A DNA stretch of 64,000 bases from Thiotrichales bacterium (GCA_947478525.1 CANJVU010000007.1:33920-97919); one strand, 5' to 3'; counted from the first letter of the stretch, positions 18,711-31,369 are shown. Notes: a model not told the origin generated them from the sequence alone. Numbers and translations are program-made.

Positions 18711-20480
18711 ATGAAGCAATCGATACTGGGTATGCTATGGGTATTTGGTATGCTCCTGGCAGCAGTGGGGTATGCTGATGCTAATGTCAATATCTTGCAG
18801 CAGTTGCAGTATGGTAATAGTAATTCGTTAGCCGGTAATGGCCAGGCGGTTATTCCTGCAGGCCAGGCATTTACGCTGACACCTCAAATCAATGGTCATC
18901 AGGTGATTTTGACCTGGCAAATCTATGGTGGTTATTACCTATATCAAAAACAATTTCAATTTCAGTTAGAAAATGCACCAGATGCGACGATTGGCTCAAT
19001 TGATTTTCCTCAGGCGGTGATTAAACAAGATCCTTATTTTGGTGAGCAAAAGATTTATTTGCACAATTTGCAACTGGTGGTGCCAATTCTGGGAGATGTT
19101 CCCTCGGGTGCTCAATTGCAAGTGCGTTATCAAGGCTGCTCTGGCAGTTTATGCTATCCGCCGCAAACGACCCCGATTCAGTTGCCTTTAGGTATGGGTC
19201 AAACCGTGGGGCAGACCGAACGTGTGCAGCAGCTGTTGAACCATCAGCACCCATTTTTGGTGTTATGGCTCTTGTTTGGGTTGGGGATTTTATTGACTTT
19301 TACGCCTTGTGTGTTGCCGATGATTCCTATTTTATCGAGCATTATTGTTGGGCAGGGGGCGCGTTCTAGCCTACGCAGGGCAACGGGCTTGTCGTTGAGT
19401 TATATTCTGGGGATGGCCATTACCTATGCTATTTTTGGACTGATCATTGCGCGCATTGGCGCCAGTGTTGAAGGATTTTTACAGCAAGCGTGGGTGCTAT
19501 CGGTCGCTGCAATGTTGATGGTGTTGTTGGCGCTGTCGCTATTTGGGGTGTATCGCCTACAGGTGCCGGTGGCTCTTCAGGCTAAAGTGGCAAAACTCTA
19601 TCCAGACCATCGCCGAACTACCTATGTAAACGTCTTTGTGATGGGTATGTTAGCGACCTTAATTGTATCGCCGTGTACCAGCGCACCGTTGGTGGGTGTA
19701 TTGGGGTATGTTGCCCAGACAGGTAATATGGCGTTAGGTGCGCTGGCCTTGTTTTGTTTGGCCCTGGGGATGGGTTTACCGTTGTTGATTGTTGGAATGG
19801 GGGCCGGGCGCTGGGTACCAAAAGCGGGCATATGGATGGTCAAAGTGCAGCGCTTTTTAGGTGTGGTGATGCTGGGTGTGGCCGTCTGGTTGTTGAGCCG
19901 ATTCTTGCCGGTCACTGTCACGGCCATATTATATGCGCTGTTACTGATGATTTATCCCATTACCTGGGGTACTTATCGTTTTGCCACTACTAAGTCGCAG
20001 CAATTGGCCAAAATCAGTGGTATTCTGGTGACGATCTATGGTTTTGCGTTGTTTATAAACGGTCTGACTGGCTGTAGTAACTATTGGCAACCCCTAAGTT
20101 TTATTCATTGGCGCCATCAATCGTCAACAGCGCATGCTGACTTTATTGGTGTGAATAATCTGGCTGCGCTACAAGAGCAATTAACCATTGCGCAGCAACA
20201 GCATCAACCAGTGTTGGTTGACTTTTACGCTAACTGGTGTGTGGAATGCCATAAAATGGATGCGGAAGTGTTTTCGGATGATCAAGTCGAACAAGCATTG
20301 TCTTCATATCGATTGTTGCGCGTGGATGTTACTAACAATGACGCGGATGCGCAGGCATTACTGCATCACTTTGATGTATTGGGTATGCCAACCTTGCTGA
20401 TTTATGGTGCCAAAGGCCAAAAAACCCAGCGTGTGTCTGGGTTTGTAGGTGTTTCGCAGTTGCTTTCTAATTTGCAATAA
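18711..20480 (+). CDS. dsbD: Thiol:disulfide interchange protein DsbD (protein-disulfide reductase)
   Basis: Three-domain layout: a periplasmic N-domain (YQGCSGSLCYPP), a central multi-TM domain (FTPCVLPMIP, VSPCTSAPL) and a C-terminal thioredoxin domain (FYANWCVECHKMD). Confidence 0.9.
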   Translation: MKQSILGMLWVFGMLLAAVGYADANVNILQQLQYGNSNSLAGNGQAVIPAGQAFTLTPQINGHQVILTWQIYGGYYLYQKQFQFQLENAPDATIGSIDFPQAVIKQDPYFGEQKIYLHNLQLVVPILGDVPSGAQLQVRYQGCSGSLCYPPQTTPIQLPLGMGQTVGQTERVQQLLNHQHPFLVLWLLFGLGILLTFTPCVLPMIPILSSIIVGQGARSSLRRATGLSLSYILGMAITYAIFGLIIARIGASVEGFLQQAWVLSVAAMLMVLLALSLFGVYRLQVPVALQAKVAKLYPDHRRTTYVNVFVMGMLATLIVSPCTSAPLVGVLGYVAQTGNMALGALALFCLALGMGLPLLIVGMGAGRWVPKAGIWMVKVQRFLGVVMLGVAVWLLSRFLPVTVTAILYALLLMIYPITWGTYRFATTKSQQLAKISGILVTIYGFALFINGLTGCSNYWQPLSFIHWRHQSSTAHADFIGVNNLAALQEQLTIAQQQHQPVLVDFYANWCVECHKMDAEVFSDDQVEQALSSYRLLRVDVTNNDADAQALLHHFDVLGMPTLLIYGAKGQKTQRVSGFVGVSQLLSNLQ

Positions 20481-20489
20481 ACGCGTATT

Positions 20490-21308
20490 TTAGGGGTATA
20501 ATATCGCGTTGGTAGTTGCATTGCCGGTGCGGGAGTTGGTGAGAGAATCCAAAATACCTTTGGTTGGCATTGCGCTGTTATCAAAAATGTTTAGTTGATC
20601 TCTTAGGGAGAAGGTAATCCGCGGATTATTTTTGCCCTTGGTCCCTAATGAAGCCATAAGCTGAGTGATCATTAATATAATTTCTTCTGGAGCCTGAAGG
20701 TGATAGCTTTGTCGCACTTCAGGAGCGCTGGCTCTGGTTGCCGCATGATGCAGCATTAATGTGTTATGAGTAAATTGAGCAGTTTCTTCTGCTTTGGCAG
20801 AGGTTGCAGGTGTGACAATCGGTGCAACGTAGGTGACAATGCTATTATCGGCTTCTGCTTTTGTTGAAACAAAGGCGGTGGCGTGTTCACCTTTAGATAC
20901 AATCATTCCTTGTGCGCCACTACCTGTTATAACTGGGGTAACCTGATATCCTGCCTTAATAAAAGCGTCAGTAACGACTTGTATTATTTGTATAATGGCA
21001 GTTTCAATGCTTTTTGTAGCGGTTAATGATGGCTGTACCGTGGCATTGGGTGTTGTGAATGCGCTATGATCGCTTGTGTTATAAGTAACAGCAACTTTTT
21101 TTGCAAGTTCAGCATCTGCTTGGTTGTAGGCTTCTATTTCCGCAAGCCATTGTGCGTAAAATTCTTTTCCAGTGCCCCTTTTTTCATGGTATTCCGCCAG
21201 GGCACTGTTAATATTGCCGTTATACATGCTTAATAGTTTTGCCGCATGTACAGCGGAAAGTCCGGTTTCTTGAGCCAGTTGTTCAATTTTTTGCTGTTCT
21301 GTTTGCAT
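20490..21308 (-). CDS. Hypothetical protein with N-terminal UBA/TS-N-like helical domain
   Basis: IEQLAQETGLSAVHAAKLLSMYNGNINSALAEYHEKRG aligns by eye with the EF-Ts N-terminal (TS-N/UBA-like) pattern. The rest is Thr/Ala-rich with no recognised family. ATG 21308 follows AGGTGG. Confidence 0.5.
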   Translation of the reverse strand: MQTEQQKIEQLAQETGLSAVHAAKLLSMYNGNINSALAEYHEKRGTGKEFYAQWLAEIEAYNQADAELAKKVAVTYNTSDHSAFTTPNATVQPSLTATKSIETAIIQIIQVVTDAFIKAGYQVTPVITGSGAQGMIVSKGEHATAFVSTKAEADNSIVTYVAPIVTPATSAKAEETAQFTHNTLMLHHAATRASAPEVRQSYHLQAPEEIILMITQLMASLGTKGKNNPRITFSLRDQLNIFDNSAMPTKGILDSLTNSRTGNATTNAILYP

Positions 21309-21448
21309 GGTGCCCACCTGAATTTAGTTGTAAATTCCCATAATTATATGAATTTTTTTGCGGTGTCAATAGGGTAATGTCATCTTTATTTGTGTTTTTT
21401 GAAAGCGAATATTTCCGTTACGGCGCGTAGCTATTTCTGTTATCATAA

Positions 21449-23157
<1,709 letters not shown>

Positions 23158-23180
23158 AGACAAAAAAGGGAGGATGTGAT

Positions 23181-23408
23181 ATGGATATTAGAGAGCACGC
23201 CCATTATTTGATTGATACATTACCTGAGCCGATGGTTGTTGAAATGGTGGGTTTTGGTGAGCTTTTAGAAAAAAAATGTCGAATTGAAAAAAAACCAAAA
23301 AAGAAAGCGCTGACATTTGAAGATTTTTTTGGATGTTTAGCGGATTCACCCAATTTTAAAGGTGATCCAGTAAAAATTCAAAGGAAACTCAGAAGTGAAT
23401 GGCGTTAA
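23181..23408 (+). CDS. Putative VapB-type antitoxin
   Basis: 75 aa immediately upstream of the PIN-domain gene and overlapping it by 14 nt. The C-terminal [26 protein letters not shown] resembles short antitoxins paired with PIN toxins. Confidence 0.5.
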   Translation: MDIREHAHYLIDTLPEPMVVEMVGFGELLEKKCRIEKKPKKKALTFEDFFGCLADSPNFKGDPVKIQRKLRSEWR

Positions 23409-23760
23409 ATATTTATTGGATAGCAATATCATTATTGGTCTCGTGAAAGCTAATCCTAGCGCAATAGCGATGATTCAAAATTTAGAATTGTGTCATTGTG
23501 CGTATGCTTCAATAACCCGTATGGAATTATTGGGATTTTTTGGAATTACAAAAGAAGAAAAAAGTAATATCGCACAATTGTTGGATAAGATGATTTCCAT
23601 AGAGCTAAGTCGAATTGTTGAAGAAGAGGTCATTATATTAAGGCAACAGCAGAAAATGAAATTGCCTGATGCCATTATATTAGCGACTGCTCAAGTGTTT
23701 CAGTTGGGATTAATCACGTTAGATAAGAAGCTTGAAAAAATTAGTAAGGAGCAATTATGA
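23395..23760 (+). CDS. vapC: PIN-domain ribonuclease toxin VapC
   Basis: [16 protein letters not shown] (first acidic residue), ITRMELL (Glu) and [10 protein letters not shown] (Asp) match the PIN pattern. 121 aa, GTG start. Confidence 0.8.
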   Translation: MNGVKYLLDSNIIIGLVKANPSAIAMIQNLELCHCAYASITRMELLGFFGITKEEKSNIAQLLDKMISIELSRIVEEEVIILRQQQKMKLPDAIILATAQVFQLGLITLDKKLEKISKEQL

Positions 23761-24593
23761 AATTATGCGGATTTGAAGTCGGCTTAGACAAGCCATTATT
23801 CCTGATTGCAGGACCTTGTGTGATTGAAAGCGAGCAATTGGCGCTGGATACCGCGGGATATTTGAAAGAAGTCGCTGCAAAATTAGGTGTGCCGTTTATT
23901 TACAAATCGTCGTTTGACAAGGCCAACCGCTCATCGTCGAAAAGCTTTCGTGGCCTGGGTGTGGATAAAGGCTTAGAGATTTTAGCGAAAGTTAAAAAAC
24001 AAATCGGTGTGCCCGTTTTAACCGATGTGCATGAAGATACCGATATGGACCAAGTTGCGGCAGTGGTCGATGTGTTGCAAACGCCCGCGTTTTTGTGTCG
24101 TCAAACCAATTTTATCCAAATGGTGGCGCGTGCGGGTAAAGCAGTGAATATTAAGAAGGGCCAATTTCTGGCGCCGTGGGACATGAAAAACGTGGTTGAT
24201 AAAGCCAAAGAAGTCGGCAACCAGCAGATCATGGTCTGCGAACGCGGCGTGTCGTTTGGTTATAATAATTTGGTGTCGGATATGCGCTCATTATCCGCGA
24301 TGCGCGATACCCACTGCCCTGTTGTTTATGATGCCACGCATTCCGTTCAATTGCCGGGTGGTCAAGGTGCCTGCTCCGGTGGGCAACGCGAGTTTATTCC
24401 GGTGTTGGCGCGAGCAGCGGTAGCCGCGGGAATTTCGGGTATTTTTATGGAAACCCATCCCGATCCTTCAAAAGCCTTGAGCGATGGCCCTAATGCCTGG
24501 CCGTTGCATTTGATGAGCGAGTTGTTGGAAATGCTCGTGGCGATTGATCGTCAGGTGAAATCAAAGCCGTGGATTGAGCAGAAGGTGGGTTAA
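23757..24593 (+). CDS. kdsA: 3-deoxy-8-phosphooctulonate synthase (KDO8P synthase)
   Basis: [12 protein letters not shown]...[15 protein letters not shown]...VLTDVHE...FLCRQT...[15 protein letters not shown] overlap with the vapC stop, and its SD (AAGGAG) lies inside vapC. Confidence 0.95.
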   Translation: MKLCGFEVGLDKPLFLIAGPCVIESEQLALDTAGYLKEVAAKLGVPFIYKSSFDKANRSSSKSFRGLGVDKGLEILAKVKKQIGVPVLTDVHEDTDMDQVAAVVDVLQTPAFLCRQTNFIQMVARAGKAVNIKKGQFLAPWDMKNVVDKAKEVGNQQIMVCERGVSFGYNNLVSDMRSLSAMRDTHCPVVYDATHSVQLPGGQGACSGGQREFIPVLARAAVAAGISGIFMETHPDPSKALSDGPNAWPLHLMSELLEMLVAIDRQVKSKPWIEQKVG

Positions 24594-24600
24594 AGATTTT

Positions 24601-24694
24601 GTCGTCCTGTGATTGGCGAAGCCAAGCCACAGGATCCAGCTAGACTAAAGAAAGTCACTGGATCCTGATGAACGCTGCGCGTTATCAGGACGAC
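24601..24694. repeat. 94-nt nested inverted-repeat element (outer 9-bp stem enclosing three hairpins)
   Basis: Outer stem GTCGTCCTG (24601-09) / CAGGACGAC (24686-94). Hairpins: TTGGC-gaa-GCCAA (24613-25), CAGGATCCAG (24630-39) / CTGGATCCTG (24658-67), and AACGC-tgc-GCGTT (24671-83). Confidence 0.6.
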
Positions 24695-24725
24695 GATTTG
24701 TTAATGAGTCTCGCGGTTATTTACC

Positions 24726-25763
24726 TTAATTCACATACTTCTGCCACACCGGCACCACGCGATTGAGGTAGTTCATAAACTTCCACATGCCAACACTGGC
24801 TTCAACATTGCCAAACGTGTCGACGGTGGTTTCGGGAAAGGCAATACCGCAACCAAATAACCCCGGTGCGATAATGCCCGATTTATCGTTATGTGAATAG
24901 GTTAGTAAGCCTTCGGTCGGAATATGGCGGCGATTAAAGCCAATGGCTTGTATCGCTGTGGTGCATTGCGGTAAATAGGCTTTAACGTTGTCATCATTTG
25001 ACCAGACGCGCAAGAGGTTCTTTGGCATATTGCCATCAATATGTTCCCGTGCCCATTTTGCAGTTTCGCCTTTCAGGCCGGTATTGTCGAACAAAATCCA
25101 GTTGTCCATATACACCGCATAACGTAAGGCGTCGCGGTAAAAATTGATCACTTGTTTGGCGCCCAGCTCCAGTAAGGAGCGAATCACAATAATCGCTGAG
25201 TGCGAAGCGCCAAATACGGCGATGGTATCGCTGCTATCTACCCATTTGGCGAGGCGGTTTTTGTCCATAGCGTCCAGCATGGGGATCACGGGTACAGCAG
25301 AATCCATCACCCTGGGTTCTGAGCCCAGCGCCAGCACCACATTTTTGCTTTCAATATTGCCTTGTTGCAAGGTCAGCTGCCAATGCCGATCTTGCATTTT
25401 CATTTTGAGAACCATAGCAGTGATGGGGTTCACTTGCGCTTTTAGCTGTTCTGTTACCCATAGTAGTGGATCTGCAGCATAGGTGAGCAAGCAGGTTTTT
25501 TGTGGGTCAAGGCTGTGCAATTCAAAGGGTGTTGGACATTGATTATAGCGAAATGATTTACAGGCGTTGAGAAATTGGATAAACAAATCGACTTTGGTGT
25601 TACTCGACACATTGCGCCACAGTCGACCCAGATCCCCCGCTTTAAATTCGGGATCAATCCAGGCGATTTCTTTCGGGTTGACGCCGTTGTCGATTAATTT
25701 TCCCAAGGCTGCAATGCCGGCTGGTCCTGCGCCAATAACGGCCCATTGGTAGCGATTCGTCAC
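24726..25763 (-). CDS. FAD/NAD(P)-binding oxidoreductase (two-dinucleotide-binding-domain flavoprotein)
   Basis: N-terminal WAVIGAGPAGIAALGKL and a second nucleotide-binding segment IAVFGASHSAIIVIRSL. Specific family not recognised. Confidence 0.6.
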   Translation of the reverse strand: MTNRYQWAVIGAGPAGIAALGKLIDNGVNPKEIAWIDPEFKAGDLGRLWRNVSSNTKVDLFIQFLNACKSFRYNQCPTPFELHSLDPQKTCLLTYAADPLLWVTEQLKAQVNPITAMVLKMKMQDRHWQLTLQQGNIESKNVVLALGSEPRVMDSAVPVIPMLDAMDKNRLAKWVDSSDTIAVFGASHSAIIVIRSLLELGAKQVINFYRDALRYAVYMDNWILFDNTGLKGETAKWAREHIDGNMPKNLLRVWSNDDNVKAYLPQCTTAIQAIGFNRRHIPTEGLLTYSHNDKSGIIAPGLFGCGIAFPETTVDTFGNVEASVGMWKFMNYLNRVVPVWQKYVN

Positions 25764-25940
25764 AGTGGTTTTCCTTTTGTTTTGTCATTCTTAGTGTAGT
25801 GCGTTGTTGAGGGTGTGAATAGATTAATCTTCTGAATGATATGTTAATTTTTTTTGAACAACATGTCTTGAATTACTTAATATTGTGAACAATTTATTTG
25901 GGTTACACTATATGGTATTAAAATACTGCGGGAGAGCATT

Positions 25941-26933
25941 ATGTTTCGAAATCAATTAGCAAAGTGGATGGGGAGTTATCCCACGCCAGCTGCAGGATTG
26001 GCGTTGGGGTTGAGCGGCATGATGGTCGATTGGAGTTTGATGGTGGAAGGAGGCCATCGAATCGAAGCAGTGGGTGGGGTAATCGCGATACTGTTGTTAT
26101 TGCCGTTGATCGGTAAATATCTGCTACAGCCCAAGCGCTTGCATGATGATCTGTCGCACGTGGTAATTGGCAGTGTGGTGCCAACCTTTGCGATGGCTTT
26201 GATGGTGATTAGTGGAATTTTGACCCACTGGTTTTCGGGCGCAGCAGAGTTACTGTGGACGGTTGCGGTTGGGTTGCATTTTATTTTCTTCAGTGTGTTT
26301 TTTTACCACCGCGCCAAATCTTTTCAGTTGCATCATATGGTGCCAAGTTGGTTTGTGCCCCCCATCGGAATTGTCGTGGCTGCTGTGTATGTGCCGCACG
26401 TGCCTTGGTGTATCACGGTGGCGCAAATATTGGTGCTGTTAGGATTGATTGCCTATGTGATTTTGTTGCCCGTAATGTTGTATCGCTTGGTATTGCATGA
26501 CACCATTGAAATGGGTGCGCGACCCACCATTGCAATTATGGCAGCCCCTGCCAGTCTCACCTTGGCTGGATATTTAACGGCGGTGCCACATCCGTATCAT
26601 TTCTTGGTGTTGGTCTTGTTGGGCGTTGCGTTTTTAATGACGCTGATGATTTATCTGATGCTGCTGCATTTGCTGCGCCTACCCTTTTCGCCGGGTTTTG
26701 CCGCGTATACCTTTCCGTTGGTAATCAGTGCTACGGCGACCTATAAGGTGGGGTTGTGGGCGGAGCGGGTTTATCCGGCGCTGTTGCCTTGGCATGAAAT
26801 CTTAACGGCTTCGATGTTTCAACTGGTTATATCAACCGCGGTGATTGCCTATGTGTTTATTCGTTATATGATGTTTTTGCGTAAAAATTGGCTTACCGCT
26901 GTTGCGGTTCGAACTGCCGACAGTGTTCAATAA
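25941..26933 (+). CDS. TDT-family (TehA/Mae1/SLAC1-like) anion/dicarboxylate transporter
   Basis: About 10 TM segments. PTPAAGLALGLSGM and the SHVVIGSVVPTFAMALMVIS segments parallel E. coli TehA. Confidence 0.65.
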   Translation: MFRNQLAKWMGSYPTPAAGLALGLSGMMVDWSLMVEGGHRIEAVGGVIAILLLLPLIGKYLLQPKRLHDDLSHVVIGSVVPTFAMALMVISGILTHWFSGAAELLWTVAVGLHFIFFSVFFYHRAKSFQLHHMVPSWFVPPIGIVVAAVYVPHVPWCITVAQILVLLGLIAYVILLPVMLYRLVLHDTIEMGARPTIAIMAAPASLTLAGYLTAVPHPYHFLVLVLLGVAFLMTLMIYLMLLHLLRLPFSPGFAAYTFPLVISATATYKVGLWAERVYPALLPWHEILTASMFQLVISTAVIAYVFIRYMMFLRKNWLTAVAVRTADSVQ

Positions 26934-27786
26934 ATTTGCTTAACAGGGGGTCGAGGTGCTTATCTTGGTGCCACACCAAATAAAGGTCGCGTTGACTAGC
27001 TATATCAGTATTCAGAGTGGCTAGTTGTTGGTTGGCAACGCGATCGGCGATGCTCAGTTGAGATAAATAGCCGATTCCAATGCCCGCCATGACACTCTGG
27101 ACTAGGCATTCGCTAGAATTAAGTTCCAGGGCCACGTCGCATGCTGTGAGCACGCTGCGAATGCGTTGTTCAAATAAGTGCCGCATGCCAGAGCCGGCTT
27201 CGCGTACTACCCATACATTTTTGCTTAATGCATCGAGCGAGACGCGTTTTTTTTGAGCAAGGGGGTGGTTTGGCGCTGCTGCCACGCTTAAGTGATCTTG
27301 CCGCCAGACTTCCCAGTGCAAATGGCTGCGATCTGGAATCTGTTCGACCAATCCGATATCCACTCTAAAATGATCCAGCGCATCAAAAATATTGTTGGAG
27401 TTGCCCATGGTGATGGTTTGATGCAGGTGTTGCGTTTGGTGGCGAAAATTGGCAAGCAATCGGGGCAGTAAATAATTGCCAATGGTGTTGCTGACGCCAA
27501 TCCGCAGTTGGCCAGTGAGCCGTTGTTTTAGATTGGTCAGGGATTGAATATCGCGATAACGGCGTAGTAATTCATCCGCATATGGCAGGAGTTTTTCACC
27601 AAAGCGGTTGATGATCAGGCGTTGTTTGTTTCGATCAAACAACGGTTGGTTAAATTGACTTTCTAGTTCGGCCAACGCCATGCTTGCCGCAGAGCGACTG
27701 AGGTGCAGCTGCTCGGCTGCTTTAGTTAATGAGCTGTGTTGGGCGATGGTAACGAATAACTGTAATTGGCGTAAGGTGATGTGCAT
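26893..27786 (-). CDS. LysR-family transcriptional regulator
   Basis: MHITLRQLQLFVTIAQHSSLTKAAEQLHLSRSAASMALAELE is a canonical LysR HTH, followed by a substrate-binding domain. ATG 27786 preferred over 27804. The 3' end overlaps the TDT gene by 41 nt. Confidence 0.9.
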   Translation of the reverse strand: MHITLRQLQLFVTIAQHSSLTKAAEQLHLSRSAASMALAELESQFNQPLFDRNKQRLIINRFGEKLLPYADELLRRYRDIQSLTNLKQRLTGQLRIGVSNTIGNYLLPRLLANFRHQTQHLHQTITMGNSNNIFDALDHFRVDIGLVEQIPDRSHLHWEVWRQDHLSVAAAPNHPLAQKKRVSLDALSKNVWVVREAGSGMRHLFEQRIRSVLTACDVALELNSSECLVQSVMAGIGIGYLSQLSIADRVANQQLATLNTDIASQRDLYLVWHQDKHLDPLLSKFIEHCRQFEPQQR

Positions 27787-27914
27787 AGGCGCCTCCTTGG
27801 TCATTTTTTCAGAATACTCTTTTCGTTATAGGCAAGCAACCGCGTAGATCATGTCACTTTATTTCTGCCTCACTGACGTGGTATCATTCTCGCATTGAAA
27901 TTAACAAGCAATGA

Positions 27915-29491
<1,577 letters not shown>

Positions 29492-29498
29492 GAGTAGC

Positions 29499-30242
29499 AT
29501 GCATATTATCGTAACCAATGATGACGGCATTTTTGCCCCTGGTATTATTTGTTTGGCGGAAGCATTATCAAAAATTGCCAAAGTCACGGTGATTGCACCC
29601 GACCAAAATAAAAGTGGTGTCAGCAGTGCCATCAGTTTGGAAACACCATTGCGGGTTTTTGAAAAAGCACCGGGTTGGTTTCAGGTGAATGGTACGCCAG
29701 CAGATTGCATTAAATTGGCGTTGAGTGGTTTTATCAGCGAAGAGCCAACAATGGTGGTTTCGGGTATCAATTCCTCTGCCAATTTGGGCGATGATGTGAT
29801 TTATTCTGGTACCGTCGGTGGTGCCATTGAAGGCCGGTTTTTAGGGCTGCCTTCGATTGCAGTGTCGTGTGTGGGCAAGTCCAATTATCATTTTGAAACT
29901 GCGGCGCATGTTGTGGTGGAGTTAGTTAAACGGCTGCATCATAAACCGTTAGAAAGCGGATTAATTTTAAATGTAAATGTGCCCAATGTGCCGTTAATTG
30001 AATTAAAAGGCATTCAAGTCACCCGTCAAGGAGAGCGTGAATTTGCCGAGCCGCTAAAACCAACGCAAGATGGACATGGTCGTCAAATTTATTGGTTGGG
30101 TGGTGTGGGGCGCTCTAAAGATGATGTGGAAGGCACCGATTTTCATGCGGTACTCAATGGTTATGCCGCGGTTACGCCGATGCAAATTGATATGACCGCG
30201 CATCGCAAAATCACTATGGTACAAAAATGGTTGACCGACTAA
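29499..30242 (+). CDS. surE: 5'/3'-nucleotidase SurE
   Basis: MHIIVTNDDGIFAPGI...SGINSSANLGDDVIYSGTVGGAIEG. Confidence 0.95.
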   Translation: MHIIVTNDDGIFAPGIICLAEALSKIAKVTVIAPDQNKSGVSSAISLETPLRVFEKAPGWFQVNGTPADCIKLALSGFISEEPTMVVSGINSSANLGDDVIYSGTVGGAIEGRFLGLPSIAVSCVGKSNYHFETAAHVVVELVKRLHHKPLESGLILNVNVPNVPLIELKGIQVTRQGEREFAEPLKPTQDGHGRQIYWLGGVGRSKDDVEGTDFHAVLNGYAAVTPMQIDMTAHRKITMVQKWLTD

Positions 30243-30796
30243 AGCAATTATCATGGCAAACAAGTCTTGTTGCTGCGATGGTGATGACCTTAGTGGCTTG
30301 TACACAACTCGTTCCTGCGCCGATTGTATCATTGGCCAATGTAACCCCTGCATTATCGAAACCTATATTATCCAATGCCATGAAAACACCGGTATTGCCT
30401 GTAGCCAATAAAAATCAACCTCGCACGGTCGATGGTGTGCAATGGCAATGGCCTGTTCCTATGCCAGCCTCTTATCAAAACGCGGGTAGCTCAGGAATAG
30501 ACATTGCCGGTAGTCTGGGTGAGACTTTTCGCGCTGCGGCTTCAGGTACTGTGATGTACGTTGGCCCTGGTGTGCAAGGCTATGGCGATATGATCATGAT
30601 TCAGCAAAACGATGATTATTTGACGGTGTATGCCAATGTGGGGAAAGCACTGGTGAATCAGGGAGACACAGTGACCCTGGGGCAAAAGATTGCATTGTTG
30701 GGAAAATCGCCGGATAATAAGACGCAGTTACATTTTGAAATTCGGAAAGAGGGTGCGCCGGTGGATCCGTTGACCCTGTTGCCCAGGATGCCCTAG
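30227..30796 (+). CDS. M23-family peptidase / NlpD-like lipoprotein (short form, no LysM seen)
   Basis: Lipobox-like LVACTQ, and M23 domain motifs GIDIAG..G..FRAAASGTVMYVG...YGDMIMIQQNDDYLTVYAN...QLHFEIRKEGAPVDP. Confidence 0.8.
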   Translation: MVDRLKQLSWQTSLVAAMVMTLVACTQLVPAPIVSLANVTPALSKPILSNAMKTPVLPVANKNQPRTVDGVQWQWPVPMPASYQNAGSSGIDIAGSLGETFRAAASGTVMYVGPGVQGYGDMIMIQQNDDYLTVYANVGKALVNQGDTVTLGQKIALLGKSPDNKTQLHFEIRKEGAPVDPLTLLPRMP

Positions 30797-30811
30797 AAAG
30801 GAGATTTATCA

Positions 30812-31072
30812 ATGCCAGAAATATCAAGATTCTTAGGGATTATCATTTACATGTACTTTAATGAGCATAATCCTCCTCATTTTCATGTTAAGTATAATGA
30901 TTTCACTGCAATTATTGAGATAGATAACTTTGCGGTTTTAGCGGGAGTTCTTCCTGGTAAAGTGTTAAGCTTGGTTATTGAGTGGGCGTCAGCTCATCAA
31001 AGTGATTTGTTGAATAATTGGAAAACCCTACAAAAAACAGGTGATTTTCATAAAATTGAACCATTGGTTTAG
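30812..31072 (+). CDS. DUF4160-family small protein
   Basis: MPEISRFLGIIIYMYFNEHNPPHFHVKYNDF is the characteristic DUF4160 N-terminus. Confidence 0.8.
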   Translation: MPEISRFLGIIIYMYFNEHNPPHFHVKYNDFTAIIEIDNFAVLAGVLPGKVLSLVIEWASAHQSDLLNNWKTLQKTGDFHKIEPLV

Positions 31073-31081
31073 GAGAGTGCT

Positions 31082-31369
31082 ATGTTATCTGTCACGCATG
31101 CACAATATATGCAGCCTAAAACGCTAAAAGTTACTTTTAATAATCATGAGGAATACCTGATTGATTTTTCTGATACGATTAAGAAAGACCATCGTCAGAT
31201 TTGGCAGCAGCTAGCAGATGATAATTTATTTAAAAAATTTAGTATTGATCATGATACGGTATGTTGGGATAACGGATTGGATGTGGCGCCTGAATATCTT
31301 TATTTTTTGGCGAACAAAAATAATCCGGTTTTAAAAAAACAGTTTATCGCATGGGGTTATCAGTCATGA
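31082..31369 (+). CDS. DUF2442-family small protein
   Basis: 95 aa. TLKVTFNNHEEYLIDFS...VCWDNGLDVAPEYLY fits the DUF2442 pattern, the usual partner of DUF4160. Confidence 0.7.
   Translation: MLSVTHAQYMQPKTLKVTFNNHEEYLIDFSDTIKKDHRQIWQQLADDNLFKKFSIDHDTVCWDNGLDVAPEYLYFLANKNNPVLKKQFIAWGYQS

Noticed and set aside
24601-24694. Possible tRNA or tRNA-like gene, because of the cloverleaf layout
   Set aside because: The side arms have 3-nt loops and 5-bp stems. There are no D-loop or T-loop consensus bases (no GG, no TTCGA) and no 7-nt anticodon loop. It is kept only as a structured repeat.
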